From assembly GCA_964473775.1 (NCBI GenBank), contig CAYYQJ010000001.1, positions 1-27,433 on the forward strand: a DNA stretch of 27,433 bases, given 5' to 3'. Source of the stretch: an uncultured Bacteroidales bacterium (lineage in GTDB: Bacteria; Bacteroidota; Bacteroidia; Bacteroidales; CAIWKO01). Position numbers and translations under genes: made by a program. The notes below the pieces were generated by a model. That model was given only the letters and a program-made list of their open reading frames with translations, was not told the DNA's origin and did no database searches. Numbering within the stretch: the first letter of the stretch is position 1; every line of letters begins with the position of its first letter. Positions 16,055-24,500 of the stretch are shown piece after piece.

Positions 16055-18694
16055 ATGAAAGCAAAAACAAATACCAATGATGATTCAAACCCTTTAAAAC
16101 CCGACACCACTCATTTTCCCATAGTAGGCATAGGCGCTTCGGCCGGCGGATTGGAAGCTTTGGAGTTGTTTTTCGAAAATATGCCTTCCAACAGTGGGAT
16201 GGCTTTTGTGGTAATACAACATCTCGACCCAACGCATCCGGGCATCATGCCTGAGCTTATGCAGCGCATCACCTCTATGAAAGTATATCAGGCCGCCGAT
16301 GCACTTAAAGTAAAGCCCAATTGCGTATATGTGATACCTCCCAACCGCAGCCTCTCTATATTAAATGGCGCCCTTCAATTGTTCGAACCCATCGAAATGC
16401 GCGGGCTGCGTCTGCCTGTGGATATCTTTTTTAAATCTCTGGCCGAAGATTGTCGCGAAAAAAGCATAGGCATCATACTTTCGGGCATGGGCTCTGATGG
16501 CAGCCTGGGGCTAAAGGCAATTAAAGAACAAAACGGCATAGTGTTGGTGCAAGACCCTAAAACAGCTAAATTTGATAGCATGCCACGCAATGCCAAAGAT
16601 GCTGTGATACCCGATATAGTGGCTGCCGCCGAAGCTTTACCGGCCAAGTTGCTCGATTTTTTAAAATATGTTCCTGTAAGAAAAACAGAAATAGAACTCG
16701 ATAGCAAAACCAAAAGCAATCTCGACAAGATTATCATTTTAATAAGAGAAAAAACCGGACACGACTTTTCTCTTTACAAAAAGAATACCCTGTTTCGCCG
16801 AATAGATAGGCGCAAAGGAGTGCATCAAATAGATAAGATACAAAACTACGTAAGGTTTTTGCAAGAAAACCCCAAAGAACTCGACATACTGTTTAAAGAA
16901 CTGCTGATAGGCGTAACCAGTTTTTTTCGCGATGCAGCCGTGTGGAACTATTTTAAAGAACAAATTTTTCCGCAAATGATATCCGAAATGCCCGATGGAA
17001 GTTTATTACGTGCATGGATACCCGCCTGCTCAACAGGCGAAGAAGCCTATACCCTGGCTATTATTTTTGTTGAAATGATAGAAGCAGAAAAAAAGCGCAA
17101 AAACCTAAGTTTACAGATATTTGCAACCGACATAGACCTCGATGCCATCGAAAAAGCCCGACGTGGGATGTTTGCTGCAAACATAGCTGCCGATGTTTTG
17201 CCCGAACGACTCAGCCGTTTTTTTACTTCCGATGGCGAAGGCTATCGCATCAACAATATCATACGCGAAATGGTGGTGTTTGCACCGCAAAATGTGATAA
17301 AAGACCCGCCGTTTACCAAACTCGATATATTATCATGCCGCAATATGCTTATTTATATGGAGCCCGAATTGCAAAAAAAACTGATGGCATTGTTTAACTA
17401 TAGCCTCAATCCTGGAGGCATCATGCTGCTCGGAACCGCCGAAACTCTTGGAACCAACAAAATAGGGTTTACAGAACTTGATAGCAAACTAAAATTTTAC
17501 ATGCGTTCAGAAAAAGCGCTTCCGGCCGAAATGATTGATTTCCCCAGCTCGTTTTATAATCGCAAAACCGACACCACGGCCACCAAAATATCAACAAAAA
17601 TTTTCGAGAACATACAAAACATCACCGACAATATGTTGCTACAGCGTTATGCTCCCGCCAGTGTGTTGGTGAATGATAAAGGCGACATTGTATATATCAC
17701 AGGCCGTACCGGAAAATACCTCGAACCCGTAGCAGGCAAAGCCAACTGGAATATATACTCTATGGCTCGCGAAGGCCTGCGACACGAACTTCCCGGAGCT
17801 TTTCGCAAGGTGATGCAAAATTTCGAACCCGTAAATCTGTATAATCTGAAAATAGGCACCAACGGCGGAACACAATATATTGATGTTACTTTACAACGGC
17901 TCGATAGTCCTATCACAATTAAAGGGATGATAATAGTAGTGTTTAAAGATGCCTCACCAGCTTCTGAACATGATTTGCCAGATGGAAGCCGCCAAAAACG
18001 AATCTCAACCGCCCAGCAGAAAGTGATGGAAATAGATTTGCAGCGTCACAAAGAAGAAATACAATCCATACGCGAAGAAATGCAAACCTCGCAAGAGGAA
18101 CTTAAATCAACCAACGAAGAACTACAATCAACCAACGAAGAACTGCAATCAACCAACGAAGAACTCACCACCTCTAAAGAAGAAATGCAAAGTCTGAACG
18201 AAGAACTACAAACGGTTAACCTCGAATTGCAAAGCAAAGTAAACGATTTTGTACAGGCCAATAACGATATGAAAAACCTGCTCAACAGCACCGAAATCGC
18301 AACTCTTTTCCTCGATAGAGATATGAACATACGGCGCTTTACTGATTCGGTAACCATGTTGTTTAAGCTCCGCAATACCGACATCGGCCGCCCGATTACC
18401 GATTTGGTAACCGATTTGCAATACCCCGACATAGATGACCATGCACGCAGAGTTCTTAAAACTCTGATTTCGGTTGAAACAGAAATAACCACCAAAAACA
18501 ATTTGTGGTTTACCATTCGAATCATGCCCTACCGCACCCACGACGACCGCATAGATGGCCTTGTGATTACATTTAACGATATTACCAAATATAAAAAACT
18601 GGAAAACGAACTCACCAAAGCAAACGAAGCCCTGAAGGCAGCAAAAGCAGAACACGACCTCACACATATTATTAAAAATAAAAAGGAAAAATAA
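16055..18694 (+). CDS. CheB methylesterase-CheR methyltransferase-PAS-coiled coil-PAS fusion
   Basis: CheB triad motifs GIGASAGG (Ser), IQHLDP (His) and SGMGSDG (Asp); CheR motifs WIPACSTGEEAYT, FATDID and SCRNMLIY; ELQSTNEE coiled coil; C-terminal PAS. No receiver or kinase domain. Confidence 0.93.
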   Translation: MKAKTNTNDDSNPLKPDTTHFPIVGIGASAGGLEALELFFENMPSNSGMAFVVIQHLDPTHPGIMPELMQRITSMKVYQAADALKVKPNCVYVIPPNRSLSILNGALQLFEPIEMRGLRLPVDIFFKSLAEDCREKSIGIILSGMGSDGSLGLKAIKEQNGIVLVQDPKTAKFDSMPRNAKDAVIPDIVAAAEALPAKLLDFLKYVPVRKTEIELDSKTKSNLDKIIILIREKTGHDFSLYKKNTLFRRIDRRKGVHQIDKIQNYVRFLQENPKELDILFKELLIGVTSFFRDAAVWNYFKEQIFPQMISEMPDGSLLRAWIPACSTGEEAYTLAIIFVEMIEAEKKRKNLSLQIFATDIDLDAIEKARRGMFAANIAADVLPERLSRFFTSDGEGYRINNIIREMVVFAPQNVIKDPPFTKLDILSCRNMLIYMEPELQKKLMALFNYSLNPGGIMLLGTAETLGTNKIGFTELDSKLKFYMRSEKALPAEMIDFPSSFYNRKTDTTATKISTKIFENIQNITDNMLLQRYAPASVLVNDKGDIVYITGRTGKYLEPVAGKANWNIYSMAREGLRHELPGAFRKVMQNFEPVNLYNLKIGTNGGTQYIDVTLQRLDSPITIKGMIIVVFKDASPASEHDLPDGSRQKRISTAQQKVMEIDLQRHKEEIQSIREEMQTSQEELKSTNEELQSTNEELQSTNEELTTSKEEMQSLNEELQTVNLELQSKVNDFVQANNDMKNLLNSTEIATLFLDRDMNIRRFTDSVTMLFKLRNTDIGRPITDLVTDLQYPDIDDHARRVLKTLISVETEITTKNNLWFTIRIMPYRTHDDRIDGLVITFNDITKYKKLENELTKANEALKAAKAEHDLTHIIKNKKEK
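18105..18165 (+). repeat. Coding 21-bp tandem repeat (x3) giving the (L-K/Q-STNEE)n heptads
   Basis: AATCAACCAACGAAGAACT is identical at 18105, 18126 and 18147. Confidence 0.95.
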
Positions 18695-18743
18695 AACCTA
18701 AACTGCCTGCCGCAGGAAAACAGACAGGCTTAAAAAGGGGCTG

Positions 18744-18776
18744 TTAACCCCAACCCCTTAAAAAGGGGCTATAACA
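18744..18776 (+). repeat. Left inverted repeat with an internal hairpin
   Basis: TTAACCCCAACCCCTTAAAAAGGGGCTATAACA, containing the hairpin CCCCTT-AAA-AAGGGG. Confidence 0.95.
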
Positions 18777-18801
18777 GATTGTAACAATTTATTAAAAAAA
18801 G

Positions 18802-19164
18802 ATGACAACTCAATTTTATAACTTACCGTACTTAAAAGATAAACGCATCAGTTTACGCAAAAATATGACTGAGGCTGAACTTGTATTATGGGAAGTATTA
18901 AAAGACAAGAAGCTTTGTGGGAGGAAATTTAGAAGGCAACATAGTATAGGACATTATATCGCAGATTTCTATTGTTCTTCTGAAAAGCTAATAATAGAAT
19001 TAGACGGGCAGCATCACTATCTGCCTGAAGGAATTGAAAAAGATAGGGAACGAGATACCCAACTTGCGTTAATGGGTAAAAAAGTTTTAAGATTTAAAAA
19101 CAAACAAGTATTGAATAATCTTACAGAAGTATTACAACAAATAAAAGCAGAATTTATCAAATAA
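18802..19164 (+). CDS. DUF559 (Vsr-like, PD-(D/E)XK) endonuclease domain protein
   Basis: LRKNMTEAELVLW, FRRQHSIGHYIADFYC, LIIELDGQHH, DRERD...G.KVLRF: the typical DUF559 motif set. Confidence 0.93.
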   Translation: MTTQFYNLPYLKDKRISLRKNMTEAELVLWEVLKDKKLCGRKFRRQHSIGHYIADFYCSSEKLIIELDGQHHYLPEGIEKDRERDTQLALMGKKVLRFKNKQVLNNLTEVLQQIKAEFIK

Positions 19165-19173
19165 ACGACACCG

Positions 19174-19206
19174 TGTTATAGCCCCTTTTTAAGGGGTTGG
19201 GGTTAA
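19174..19206 (-). repeat. Right inverted repeat
   Basis: TGTTATAGCCCCTTTTTAAGGGGTTGGGGTTAA, the exact reverse complement of 18744-18776. Confidence 0.95.
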
Positions 19207-19223
19207 AACCTTAAATCCTTCTC

Positions 19224-21332
19224 ATGAAAAAGAAAACCGTCACTCCTGCCCAACATCTTCGTAAGCAAGCCGAAGAAAAGCTGAAAACAAAGCAGCAAGG
19301 TACCCATGTGCAACTTTCGGAAGCCGAAATGCTGAAGCTTATACACGAGTTGCAAGTACATCAGATAGAACTAGAGCTGCAAAACGATGAGCTTATTCAG
19401 GCCAAAGAACAAATTGAAACTGCCGCAGAGAAATATACCGATTTGTACGACTTTGCCCCTACAGGATATTTTACTTTAAATACCGAAGACGAAATTATTG
19501 ATTTGAATCTGGCCGGAGCCGGCTTGTTGGGCAAAACTCGCTCGCAATTACGCAACAAACACTTTGCACTATATGTGTCTCACGAAACCAAACCTGATTT
19601 CCATCTTTTCATTGAAAAAACATATAATAGCACAACCACTCAATCGTGTGAGATCGCTTTATTGACAGAAACAGAATGGCTAATCTATGTTTATCTTACT
19701 GGAATTATTACCGAAAACGGACAACATTGCCTGCTCACAGCCATAGATATATCTGCGAGAAAACAAGCCGAAAAAGAAACCCTACTGGCCAAACAAAAAA
19801 TCGAAATAAGCGAAAACAGGTTTAAACTGGCTGTGGCAGCCGGCCTCTTAGGCATATGGGATTGGGATGTCGTAAATAATGAAATGATTTGGGACGACAG
19901 AATGTTTGAGTTGTATGGAATAACAAAAGATGTTTTTCCTAATAATATTGATGCCTGGACCAATGGACTGCACCCTGATGACAAACAATTAGCCCTCGAC
20001 GAATGCAATGCGGCTTTATCTGGGCATAAGGATTTCAACACAACATTTCGCGTAATACATCCTGATGGCAAAGTATTACACATCCGTGCCAATGGACTTG
20101 TAATCAGAAACAATGATGGGATTCCGCTTCGTATGCTAGGCATAAACAAAGATATAACAGAAAGCAAACTATTGCAGGAGCAACTTATTGTAGCCAAAGA
20201 AAAAGCCGAAGAAAGCGACCGTTTAAAAACCGCTTTTCTGCACAACATGAGCCACGAAATACGCACGCCTATGAATGCCATCTCAGGCTTCTCGCAATTG
20301 TTGATGAGAGATTATGGACAAGAAGAAAAACTCGCCAAATACATAAAAATAATAGACGAAGGCAGCAACGATTTACTCCATATTATAGATGATATACTCG
20401 ATATTTCCAGATTAGATTCAGGGCAGTTATCGTTTAAAATGGCAGAATGTGATTTATCGGTTTTGTTTGAAGAGATTACCAGCCAATTCAGCGAATATCA
20501 GCAGCGGGTCAACAAAACACACATTAGCTTTTCGATGAAAACCCTTTGTGGTAATAAGAATCCTATAATCATAACCGACAAGCGGAAATTGAAACAAATA
20601 TTCGTCAATCTGATTACCAATGCATTTAAATTTACCAATCAGGGTAGCATTGAGGGCGGTTGTAAACTGGAAAATAACACCCTGATGTTTTTTGTATCCG
20701 ACACCGGCATAGGCATCCCTGCCGACAAACAAAATTTTGTTTTCGAACGCTTTGCACAGTTAAAGCAAGACAAAACCCAAACCATCCCTGGCACAGGATT
20801 GGGGCTCTCAATTACCAAAGGTCTGCTAAGATTGCTTGGTGGAGAAATATACCTTGAATCAGTACCCGATAAAGGCAGTACTTTTTCGTTCACCATCCCT
20901 GGTAAACTAAAATATACTTTACCTAAAAAATCTTTTGATTCAGAAGAACAAACTGTATTTCAATTTTCAGGAAAAACCATACTCATAGTGGAAGATGAAC
21001 TGAACAGTGCTAAATATTTAAAAGCACTGCTACAAAATACCGGAGCAATAATATTAATGGCTGATAACGGAAAAGATGCTATCAGTTTAGCAAAAAACCA
21101 ACCAGTAGATCTAGTATTACTTGACATACAACTACCGGATATGGATGGTTACGAAACTCTGAAACAAATACGACAACAGAAACCGGATTGCAAAATTATT
21201 GCTCAAACAGCATTTGCAACTATGGGTGATAAGCAAAAAGCATTCGAATCAGGGTTCAATGATTATATTAGCAAACCGATTATGGCAAACTTATTGTTTC
21301 AAATGATTAATAAACACCTAACTCTGAATTAA
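19224..21332 (+). CDS. Cytoplasmic hybrid sensor histidine kinase (coiled coil-PAS-PAS-HisKA-HATPase-REC)
   Basis: N-terminal ELQVHQIELELQNDEL, two PAS domains, H-box NMSHEIRTPMN, N-box NLITNAFKFT, G boxes DTGIGI and GTGLGL, receiver LVLLDIQLPDMDG; no TM segment. Confidence 0.95.
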   Translation: MKKKTVTPAQHLRKQAEEKLKTKQQGTHVQLSEAEMLKLIHELQVHQIELELQNDELIQAKEQIETAAEKYTDLYDFAPTGYFTLNTEDEIIDLNLAGAGLLGKTRSQLRNKHFALYVSHETKPDFHLFIEKTYNSTTTQSCEIALLTETEWLIYVYLTGIITENGQHCLLTAIDISARKQAEKETLLAKQKIEISENRFKLAVAAGLLGIWDWDVVNNEMIWDDRMFELYGITKDVFPNNIDAWTNGLHPDDKQLALDECNAALSGHKDFNTTFRVIHPDGKVLHIRANGLVIRNNDGIPLRMLGINKDITESKLLQEQLIVAKEKAEESDRLKTAFLHNMSHEIRTPMNAISGFSQLLMRDYGQEEKLAKYIKIIDEGSNDLLHIIDDILDISRLDSGQLSFKMAECDLSVLFEEITSQFSEYQQRVNKTHISFSMKTLCGNKNPIIITDKRKLKQIFVNLITNAFKFTNQGSIEGGCKLENNTLMFFVSDTGIGIPADKQNFVFERFAQLKQDKTQTIPGTGLGLSITKGLLRLLGGEIYLESVPDKGSTFSFTIPGKLKYTLPKKSFDSEEQTVFQFSGKTILIVEDELNSAKYLKALLQNTGAIILMADNGKDAISLAKNQPVDLVLLDIQLPDMDGYETLKQIRQQKPDCKIIAQTAFATMGDKQKAFESGFNDYISKPIMANLLFQMINKHLTLN

Positions 21333-21412
21333 ATAAATGGGATAGATTTTAGTATTTCTGTTTATTAGTAGTATTTACATGGAAAGTTAATAAAAAAATA
21401 ATACTGTCTTAT

Positions 21413-21442
21413 CTTGACCTTTTAGTATTTTTACTACCTTTG
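21413..21442 (+). promoter_or_regulatory. Candidate Bacteroidota promoter for the surface-protein genes
   Basis: TACCTTTG at 21435-21442 (TAnnTTTG) and CTTG at 21413-21416 as a near -33 box. Confidence 0.5.
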
Positions 21443-21552
21443 GTCAAAATATTTTGGACAAAAAAACATAGCAACATGATTTTTACTTAATGATTTTGAA
21501 TTATTTATAAAACTTATTAATAATACACACTCAATTTAACAAGAAGATTTTT

Positions 21553-24500
21553 ATGAAAAAACTATTTATTTTAATTTTTGCTTTGCTCTTAAGCAGCTAC
21601 GGTTGGGGGCAAACGCTTTATGAAGGCTTTGACTACACAGTTGGTCCAAGTATTGGTGGAAACACAGCTACTACGGGAGGTCCGGTTAATAACTGGTACA
21701 CCCATAATAATACTAAAGTTGGATCTATTGATATTACAGCAGGCAACCTTAGTTATGCTGGTTTACAAACATCAGTAGGCAATAAAGTAAGACTTCCGGG
21801 AGATAATATTACTGTTCCGCGGGATGTTAACAGACCAATTACCGGAACAGGTGCTACTGTTGCCTACTTTTCTGCTTTAATAAACATTGTAGATGTTACT
21901 CAGTTATCTGCTGCTGGAGATTACTTTATGCATTTTGGTGCAACGTCAGGAATTACTAATACATCATTTGGTGGTCGTTTAGGGGCAAAATCAGTAAATT
22001 CTGGTTCTAATTTCCGTTTTATTATTCAAAACACATCTACAGGCACTCTAACATTTACTGAATTCGCTACTGATATGGTTTTTGGAACAACATATTTGGT
22101 AGTTGTAAAATATGATAAAAGTGCTTCGCCAACGGTTGCATCTTTATGGGTAAACCCTGTAAATCTTGGAGGAACAGAACCTGCAGGTTCTGTTCAAAAT
22201 AACTCTGGGACCGCTACTTTTGCAGCATTTGGTTCAATCTGTTTAAGAAATACTGCTAATACACCAAAAGCGGATATTGACGAAATAAGAGTTGGAACCA
22301 CCTGGGCATCAGTAACGCCGTTAAATGCCTCTACCCCTATAATATCTGTGCCTTCTCCTACTTCCTTAAGTGGTTTTTTAACCACCTCAGGCACCCCATC
22401 CACTGCACAAACTTTTACAGTTAGTGGCACAAGTATACAAGACTTTTTGGTAGTTACTGCACCTTCCAATTACGAATTAAGAGAAAGCGGAGTGGGTTCT
22501 TATGGCTCCTCTGTTTCATTTGCCCAAACTTCAGGAATAGTTTCTTCAAAAACTATAGAAGTTAGAATTGCTGCTTCTGCTGCTGTAGGTACACCATCTG
22601 GTAATGTGGTTTGCTCATCAACTAATGCTACCTCACAAAATGTGGCTGTAAGCGGCAATGTAACCTCCCCATTAATTTCAACTATTCTAGCTTTACCAAC
22701 TTCTTTCACCGGATTTACTTATGTTCAGGGCAGCGGACCTTCGGCATCTCAAACCTATAATCTTAGTGGCAGCAATTTAACTCCTGCCTCTGGAAATCTG
22801 ACATTAACAGGAAGCACCAATTATGAAGTTTCAACAGATAATACTAGTTTTTCAGTTAGTGCAACTGTGGCCTATACCTCAGGAACACTTGCTTCTACAC
22901 CTGTTTATATTCGTTTGAAATCAGGATTATCTGGTGGAAATTACAATAGCGAAAACATAGTTAATTCCGGTGGAGGAGCTACCTCAGTAAATGTAACCTG
23001 CAGTGGCAATATTACCATTCCTGTATCGGCAATAACTATTACCGGAGCATTAACTACTTTTGGGAATCAAGTTGTAAATACAATTTCTACTGAAAAAACT
23101 TATACTGTATCAGGTGTAAATCTCACAGATAATATTGTTATAACTCCTCCATCAGGATTTGAAATTTCAACTACAACAGGTTCGGGTTTTGCTTCAACAC
23201 CAATAACTCTTACTCGCACAGGCGGTGTTGTGGCAACTACAAGTATTTATGTGCGTTTTGCACCTATTGCTGTTCAAGCCTATTCAGGCAATATAACACA
23301 TGTTAGTTCCGGTGCAACAACACAAAATGTTGTAGTTAGTGGAACCGGTGTTTGCATTGCTGCTTCTTTACCTTTTGTAGAAGATTTTAATTATTCTGTA
23401 GGCGCATTATTAACTAATAATTGCTGGAATGCTCATAGTGCTGGAGGAACGAATCCTATTACAATTGTAACAAATTCAATATCCTATCCTAGTTATTTAT
23501 CATCTGAAATTGGTAATGAAACAAGCTTACCCAATACAGGAGAAGATGACAGCAGGATATTTGCCTCTCAAACTTCCGGGAACATTTATGCTTCATTTTT
23601 AGTAAATATTTCGGCCGCAACTACTACTGGAGATTATTTCTTACACTTAGGTCCTAGTAATATAAGTACTACCTTTAGAGGAAGAGTTTTTGTTAAAAAA
23701 GATAACAACAATAATGTTTTCTTCGGTATAGCTCAAAGTGGTACTGCAGCTTATTCGGCTACTCCTTACGCATTGGCAACTACTTATTTAATTGTATTAA
23801 AATACTCAATTGTTGCTGGAACAAACAATGATGTTGCCTCGATTTTTATAAATCCAACCTTAAATGCTGTTGAACCTATCAGTGGGTGGACTGTTAATAC
23901 GGATGCTACGACGGATATTGCTGATATCGGTACAATTGCTCTTCGACAATCCTCCGCTACAACCGCGCTCAAAATTGATGGTATCAGGGTTTCAACCGTA
24001 TGGTCAGATATTGTAGGTGCAATAAGCAGTACTCCTGAGTTAGCGGTTACACCAACTTCATTAACAGGATTTACTTATGTTCAGGGCAACGGGCCATCAG
24101 CAGAACAATCTGTTTCTGTTAGCGGACAATACCTTACAAATAATCTTACAATAACTCCTCCTGCAAATTATGAAATTTCTACAGGAACAGGTGCTGCATT
24201 TGTGGCAACCAGTCCAATCACATTAACTCCAACTTCAGGTACTGTTGCTGCAACACCTATCTATGTACGCTTGAAAGCCGGTTTAGCTTCAGCATCTTAT
24301 AATGGGGAGATTATTACAATATCATCAACAAGTGCTACTGATAAAACGGTAAGTTGTGATGGAACAGTGGATGCTGTTCCGGATCCTACTATCACGGTTG
24401 CTCCTACTTCACTATCTGGTTTTTCAGCCATAAGCGGAACTCCATCCTTATCTCAAAGTTATACTGTTTCAGGCTCTAATCTGGTTGACGATGTTACCAT

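Larger units (their letters stand above)
18744..19206. mobile_element. Candidate REP-like mobile cassette: DUF559 endonuclease gene between perfect 33-bp inverted repeats
   Basis: 18744-18776 is the exact reverse complement of 19174-19206, with a single nuclease gene inside, inserted between two functionally linked signalling genes. Mobility is inferred. Confidence 0.6.

Noticed and set aside
18757-19196. Treating the CCCCTT/AAGGGG hairpins simply as intrinsic terminators
   Set aside because: There is no adjacent U-tract, and a perfect 33-bp inverted pairing across 400 bp is not explained by terminator function, though an effect on transcription is not excluded.
16023-20896. Minus-strand ORFs inside cheBR and the kinase (e.g. 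16375-16737, 18046-18525, 18206-18667, 19691-20281)
   Set aside because: They are antisense shadows of well-supported genes, with Ser/Phe/Leu-biased translations and no recognisable motifs.
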